Below, in pieces: positions 59,354 to 64,000 of a DNA stretch of 64,000 bases. Position 1 is the first letter of the stretch, and each line of letters starts with the position of its first letter. The position numbers and the translations under genes were made by a program. The stretch lies in sequence record NC_019505.1. One strand, 5' to 3'. The notes beneath the pieces were generated by a model that made no database searches, was not told the DNA's origin, and was given only the letters and a program-made list of their open reading frames with translations. The stretch comes from Escherichia phage wV7.

Positions 59354-59376
59354 CATAGCCTCTCTAGTGTTTATTC

Positions 59377-59384
59377 TATTTATA
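59377..59384 (-). promoter_or_regulatory. late promoter TATAAATA (minus strand) for alt
   Basis: Exact TATAAATA on minus strand about 21-24 nt upstream of the alt ATG, preceded by a UUCG hairpin. Confidence 0.5.
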
Positions 59385-59405
59385 AAATTAAAGGCCCGAA
59401 GGCCT

Positions 59406-59594
59406 TTAGTAATCTAGTGGTAAGAGAGTACGATATATTTCAAACTTTGGTCCTTTTTCATAGGCATCAAATGTTTCTGTAAATTTATTGTAAGCATATG
59501 CATCTACAAATTCGAGAATGACTTGTGATACAGAAGTAGAAACATCTCCACCTTCTTTTTGAGCAATGACAATTGTTTCTAAGTAAGCTTTCAT
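59406..59594 (-). CDS. hypothetical protein (alt.1-like)
   Basis: 62 aa ORF whose ATG overlaps the ligase stop. Confidence 0.45.
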   Translation of the reverse strand: MKAYLETIVIAQKEGGDVSTSVSQVILEFVDAYAYNKFTETFDAYEKGPKFEIYRTLLPLDY

Positions 59595-61054
59595 AAACCA
59601 GTTACCTCATGAAAATCGCCAAATACATCCTCGAATGTATTAGCTTTAGTTTTATCTTCACGTAAACGAATCGCAATCGGAAGAAATAATTTAACGTAAT
59701 CAGTGCGGCCATCAGATTTTAACCAACCGTTGCATTCGCACTCTAGAATTTTTCCAATATAATAATTTTGGTTTTCCATAATGCGAGTACGGTCAAGTTC
59801 ATGCGATTTTACACCAGCTTTATCTTTTAAGCCTGAACCAGCATTTACTTTAATTTTTCCACACTCTGACTCAAGAATAAATCCACCCGCTTTAGTAGGG
59901 TCTTTACGGTGAGGATAAATTCCTACAATTTTTAAATCAACATCAATTACTTCTTTAAATTTATAAAGATTTTTTGAACGAGCATTTTCCCATAATCCAT
60001 CGATATTTTTGAGAATAATACCTTCAAGACCTTGGTCAATATACTTTTTATAAATTACCTTAGCTTCATCTAGGTTATTTACTACCTGGTTTTCAATTAA
60101 AATTACTTTATCATAACCTGATGTCATTTGTTCTAGTTTAGAAAAACGTACATCATATTTCAAACGAAATGCAGGAAGACCGTATATTTCTACCAACGGG
60201 ACATAATCCCAGACCTGAAACTTCATGCATTGAGCTTCTTTTTCAGAAATGGTTCCCTTTAAAGATTTATTAGCGATTCCATTAGAAGTAGTACGTGATT
60301 CAGCTACTTCGGCGAATTCTTTAGCTTTACTAATTTCAGGATAAGCATCAAAAAGAAAATCTAGGCCTTCTGGTTCCTTTTCAACTTGCTCATGGTATAC
60401 CAATTCGCCATCAATTAACACACCTTCTGGATGAATCTGGCGAGCTTCTGCAGTCATTTTGATTAACTCTTCCTTGAGAAGATCTAATCCTAGATATTCA
60501 TTACCAGCTCGTGATAAAAGACGAACATCATCTAATTCATCACCTCTGACTTCAGCAAAGCACCGAGCTCCATCAGCTTTTAACTGCGCAAAAGCTGGAA
60601 ACTTGATATTCTTACTAATGCCTTTTTCATCATAAGAACTTGCCAGCATTTGAGGTTGTTCAGGAATTAAACCTGGCCAAACTTTGTTTGCAATAGATAC
60701 TGAAGCACCGCATTCAAGGTCTCGCATCATCACCCGACGCAAAACTTCAACATCATCTTTTTTACCGTCAGCAATATATCCAGTTAATTCCTCAATTGCC
60801 GCATTTCCGGTCAATTTCCGAGTAGCTAACGTGAATTCAATGAAGTCAAGCATATCGGTAAGAGTCAACATTCCAAAACTCTGGGTAGCAATACCAGGTT
60901 TAGGCCATTTCTTGATATAATACTGTAACCCACGAGAATAAGTCAGACGATATACTCGTTTAAGCAATTCATTATCTTTATTCTTTTCAAGAATTGCTTG
61001 CTTCTGCTTAGTTGAACCAATAGATGCTATTTCGTTCAGAATTTTAAGAATCAT
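59591..61054 (-). CDS. 30: ATP-dependent DNA ligase (gp30)
   Basis: 487 aa with adenylation motif KADGAR and further nucleotidyltransferase motifs. Confidence 0.95.
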   Translation of the reverse strand: MILKILNEIASIGSTKQKQAILEKNKDNELLKRVYRLTYSRGLQYYIKKWPKPGIATQSFGMLTLTDMLDFIEFTLATRKLTGNAAIEELTGYIADGKKDDVEVLRRVMMRDLECGASVSIANKVWPGLIPEQPQMLASSYDEKGISKNIKFPAFAQLKADGARCFAEVRGDELDDVRLLSRAGNEYLGLDLLKEELIKMTAEARQIHPEGVLIDGELVYHEQVEKEPEGLDFLFDAYPEISKAKEFAEVAESRTTSNGIANKSLKGTISEKEAQCMKFQVWDYVPLVEIYGLPAFRLKYDVRFSKLEQMTSGYDKVILIENQVVNNLDEAKVIYKKYIDQGLEGIILKNIDGLWENARSKNLYKFKEVIDVDLKIVGIYPHRKDPTKAGGFILESECGKIKVNAGSGLKDKAGVKSHELDRTRIMENQNYYIGKILECECNGWLKSDGRTDYVKLFLPIAIRLREDKTKANTFEDVFGDFHEVTGL

Positions 61055-61320
61055 TGTTCATCCTTTAGAGTTTGGTTTACAGCTCTATTATAAATCAATT
61101 CATCATTAAGCTCAGTCAAAGACTTGTGGTACGTGGTTCTAACTTTATTTCCTTGCATCCAGTGCTTGACGTAAATGAAACCTTGCTCTACACATTTTTT
61201 AAAAATTCGTTCGTCTTTTTGAGCTCGGAATTCTGGATTGCATCTAAAAAATTGATTTACGTGACCGTAATCACGTGTAGTATTACCTTCATTTTCATAA
61301 ATAGTATGAACAACAAACAT
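61051..61320 (-). CDS. hypothetical protein (30.1-like)
   Basis: 89 aa ORF, ATGA overlap with ligase start. Confidence 0.5.
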   Translation of the reverse strand: MFVVHTIYENEGNTTRDYGHVNQFFRCNPEFRAQKDERIFKKCVEQGFIYVKHWMQGNKVRTTYHKSLTELNDELIYNRAVNQTLKDEQ

Positions 61321-62156
61321 TAGAATGCTCCTTGGAAAATATTATCACCACTAGTAGGTCTATTATACAAATACTCTATGCCACCGGGTTTAATATAGTT
61401 CCATGTCTGAAACGGATGCGTCTGATATGGATGATATAGATTATAAGGATTAAATCCAGGAGTTCTCCAGGTAGTGTTCCAAGGAAAAGAATCGTTTTTA
61501 ATCATCTTTTCAATTACATCTTTTATAGCTTTTTCACTATCAAAACTTTCTTTATTTTCCTTCGATGGAAAAAGCTTATTCTCTACATCATTCCATGTAT
61601 AAACTCGCTGCGCAGTTTTTGGAATACTGTCACGCTCCCCTCGAGCCATCCAATAAACAGGAACATTTAATATTTCACTCGCGTGATCGCAGTGGTGAGC
61701 GAGATCGTCAATATAACAAATTACGTTATATTTCTCTTTTGCCTTTTTGAACAACTCTTCTTTTGAAGAATCATGACCACACATCAATACTTCTGAGAAG
61801 GCACCAGGAAAAAGAGCATTCAAATTAAATTGACGATTTAGCAGAGCGTCAATAGAATCACCCAATGCTGTAACAGCTACAAAATTATAATCTTCTTTTA
61901 ATTTGTTAATTACACACAGGGCATCTTTATACGGAGACAAGTAACGAATAAAATCTGAACGATTATACTTTTCGATTAATTTAACACCAAGTTCTTCATC
62001 GCAATTAAAGAGCTTACCAGGAGAAATAAATTTTTCGTCCTGAATCATTTTTAAAATATGTTCCAACGGAAGATTATATTTTTGGGCAAAATAAGGAAGG
62101 CCCGATTGCCAGCTTAAACACACCCCGTCAATATCAGTCAAAATAGTAGGCTTCAT
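61320..62156 (-). CDS. HAD-superfamily phosphatase-like protein (30.2-like)
   Basis: 278 aa; N-terminal ILTDIDGV matches HAD motif I (DxDx[T/V]). Confidence 0.6.
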   Translation of the reverse strand: MKPTILTDIDGVCLSWQSGLPYFAQKYNLPLEHILKMIQDEKFISPGKLFNCDEELGVKLIEKYNRSDFIRYLSPYKDALCVINKLKEDYNFVAVTALGDSIDALLNRQFNLNALFPGAFSEVLMCGHDSSKEELFKKAKEKYNVICYIDDLAHHCDHASEILNVPVYWMARGERDSIPKTAQRVYTWNDVENKLFPSKENKESFDSEKAIKDVIEKMIKNDSFPWNTTWRTPGFNPYNLYHPYQTHPFQTWNYIKPGGIEYLYNRPTSGDNIFQGAF

Positions 62157-62611
62157 AGAGAGTCTCTTAATAGGTTTAACACATCAATAAATTCAGCTTC
62201 GGTTAGTATTGTATCATCTTTTGTTAGACCACTAGCCATGCTATGCTTCAAAACTTTTCCTTTCGAGGCTAGTAATGCATCACGAAAGCCCTTGTTTTGA
62301 ATCGCTGCTTCAAAATATGCATTTGTGTACAACTCTTTCCACGCTGGTGAGTATCTTGAAAACGGAACTCCAAGCCAGAAGAGGGTCCCACGGTCCTGAG
62401 CTCTTGCATAAGACCTTCCAGCTTGTTGGGCGGCAAGTCCGGATAACCCAAATATACGTCTTTGCTGCTCAACATTTTTCACCTTGCACCCTTGGAGAAA
62501 TCCTTCAAGACCTCCAAATTGGATACCATCCATAACAAAAGGCCATTGAGCGAAATTACTTAATGCACACGATGGCCATCTAAAATTGCTTCTAATCTCT
62601 AACTCAGGCAT
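62153..62611 (-). CDS. YbiA-like (DUF1768) protein (30.3-like)
   Basis: About 152 aa; ALSNFAQWPF...DGIQFGGLEGFLQGCK resembles YbiA/DUF1768 core; track start is TTG, first ATG at 62611. Confidence 0.55.
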   Translation of the reverse strand: MPELEIRSNFRWPSCALSNFAQWPFVMDGIQFGGLEGFLQGCKVKNVEQQRRIFGLSGLAAQQAGRSYARAQDRGTLFWLGVPFSRYSPAWKELYTNAYFEAAIQNKGFRDALLASKGKVLKHSMASGLTKDDTILTEAEFIDVLNLLRDSL

Positions 62612-62810
62612 TTTCAATGCTTATAATTTCAACATCAGCCCAATGACCATAGCAAGGAAGACGAAATTCAACTGGCCAGTTAGGGTCCTTTTCTAATATA
62701 ATAGACTTAACTTGTGGTTCTTCATGTTCATCAGTATATGGATTTTTATCTGTTACTTTATATGTGACCTTAATGTACTGAATTCCAAAAATCTTATTAA
62801 TTATATTCAT
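62604..62810 (-). CDS. hypothetical protein
   Basis: 68 aa ATG-start ORF in tightly packed early operon. Confidence 0.45.
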   Translation of the reverse strand: MNIINKIFGIQYIKVTYKVTDKNPYTDEHEEPQVKSIILEKDPNWPVEFRLPCYGHWADVEIISIENA

Positions 62811-63004
62811 ACTAATTCCTTTAATCCGTAAATAGGAGATAATTCATCACCCATACGAAGGTCTTCATTTCCATCTACCCAGGAAACAATATAAGCCTCT
62901 TTTATTTGAACACCACTCCATTTAAATGGAGGTAGAACCTTAGAAATTAATCCAGGTATACCAACTCCCTTTAATTCAACAGTTTGACCTAAAAAGAATT
63001 TCAT
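62807..63004 (-). CDS. hypothetical protein
   Basis: 65 aa ATG-start ORF, overlapping stops/starts with neighbours. Confidence 0.45.
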   Translation of the reverse strand: MKFFLGQTVELKGVGIPGLISKVLPPFKWSGVQIKEAYIVSWVDGNEDLRMGDELSPIYGLKELV

Positions 63005-63291
63005 CAGAACCTCATCTGAAAGCCATGTGATTTAACATTACCGCCGCCAATATCAGAAATATTAATTTCACGCGCAATTGAAGGGTCAATGTCAATTTCA
63101 CGATTAAGTTTAGCGATAGCTAAAGTATCACGCCCATTTACTGTACGGAATTCTAAAGGACAAACCACATCAACATAATTTTTAATCGATTCACTGGTAG
63201 GTTGCAAATGAGCAGGAAGGTCTTTAGGCGCCTTAGAGAAAACAACTTCACAGAAATTTTTGCGGGTATCAAAATAAGTAGTCATAAACAT
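63004..63291 (-). CDS. hypothetical protein
   Basis: ATG at 63289-63291 preceded by GAGG; the longer track ORF would run through the UUCG hairpin at 63308-63323. Confidence 0.45.
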   Translation of the reverse strand: MFMTTYFDTRKNFCEVVFSKAPKDLPAHLQPTSESIKNYVDVVCPLEFRTVNGRDTLAIAKLNREIDIDPSIAREINISDIGGGNVKSHGFQMRF

Positions 63292-63307
63292 AGTATTTTC
63301 CTCAGTA

Positions 63308-63323
63308 AGGGGCCGAAGCCCCT
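63308..63323 (-). other. intercistronic GGGGC-UUCG-GCCCC hairpin (minus-strand RNA)
   Basis: Perfect GC stem with UUCG tetraloop between two minus-strand ORFs. Confidence 0.45.
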
Positions 63324-63331
63324 GTTTTATT

Positions 63332-63697
63332 TTAAATATCAAATTCGTTAAGAACTACATCAAAGATTGCTTCAAGATGCTCAGGTTTAGCTCTGTTACT
63401 CAGAATATGACGAATCCAAGTTTTAACCAAAAGCTTGCGATTATCACCATTCCAGCAAGGATGAGTCCCTAAATCGCGTTGACGAAAATCATCATCCAGA
63501 GCGATTTTGAAGTTTGAACCTTCCATTGTGATTGAAACCGTGATGCCATTTTCAAATCGCATATAAACGTAGTTAGGAGTCATATACTGTTCAATTTCGC
63601 ATACTGATCCATTTTGATGTTTCCAAAGGCAGATAGTATCAATAGAACCTGCAATACCATTAGAAACATATTTACGTTCAAAGTTGATGTAGTTCAT
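63332..63697 (-). CDS. hypothetical protein
   Basis: 121 aa ATG-start ORF. Confidence 0.5.
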   Translation of the reverse strand: MNYINFERKYVSNGIAGSIDTICLWKHQNGSVCEIEQYMTPNYVYMRFENGITVSITMEGSNFKIALDDDFRQRDLGTHPCWNGDNRKLLVKTWIRHILSNRAKPEHLEAIFDVVLNEFDI

Positions 63698-63765
63698 TTT
63701 TATTCTCCGAGATGTTTAATTGCGGTACAGGTATATAATATCATATCCTGTACCAAAGTAAACAA

Positions 63766-63975
63766 TTATTTTACTACTTTCCAGTGCTTCATGTCAAGTT
63801 TACCAACTTTTTTCATCTTCTCAATCAAACGTTCGGCACGTTGGCGAGCTGTAACATAATACCATTCGCCTAATTCATTTTGTTCAATTTTTCCAACGAT
63901 TACTGTATTCAATTCATAAATCCAACCAGTAAAGAAATTATGAACTTGAATTGTAAAGGTGAAATCTGTTCCCAT
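63766..63975 (-). CDS. hypothetical protein
   Basis: 69 aa ATG-start ORF near window end. Confidence 0.45.
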   Translation of the reverse strand: MGTDFTFTIQVHNFFTGWIYELNTVIVGKIEQNELGEWYYVTARQRAERLIEKMKKVGKLDMKHWKVVK

Positions 63976-64000
63976 ACCTTCTGTTGTTTCTACTTCAATA

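Overview
This window is a contiguous segment of a T4-like (Tequatrovirus/Tevenvirinae) phage genome. Gene order, protein lengths and N-terminal sequences match the T4 map from nudE (e.1) through the tRNA cluster, genes 57B/57A/1/3/2/4, the baseplate/tail/head morphogenesis block (53, 5, 6-12, wac, 13-24), rnlB, hoc, inh, uvsW, uvsY, 25/26/51/27/28/29/48/54, alt and DNA ligase (30), ending in the 30.x ORFs. All assignments are from reading the sequence and translations against recalled T4 biology; no database search was run. The supplied ORF track labels TTG/GTG starts as M, so several starts were moved to the ATG that has a Shine-Dalgarno and reproduces the T4 protein length (genes 1, 3, 11, 20, 28, uvsW.1 and others). 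I found no defence system, CRISPR array, integrase or other clearly novel system. The points most worth follow-up are accessory: an 11-gene tRNA cluster (T4 has 8; here also His, Asn, Tyr), an ORF-free GC-richer ~300 bp segment with a tRNA-like T-arm, two internal-protein-like genes with capsid-targeting N-termini, tandem Alt-like ADP-ribosyltransferase paralogs, a Hoc with a duplicated Ig-like domain, and reiterated junction cassettes in an array of small membrane-protein genes.
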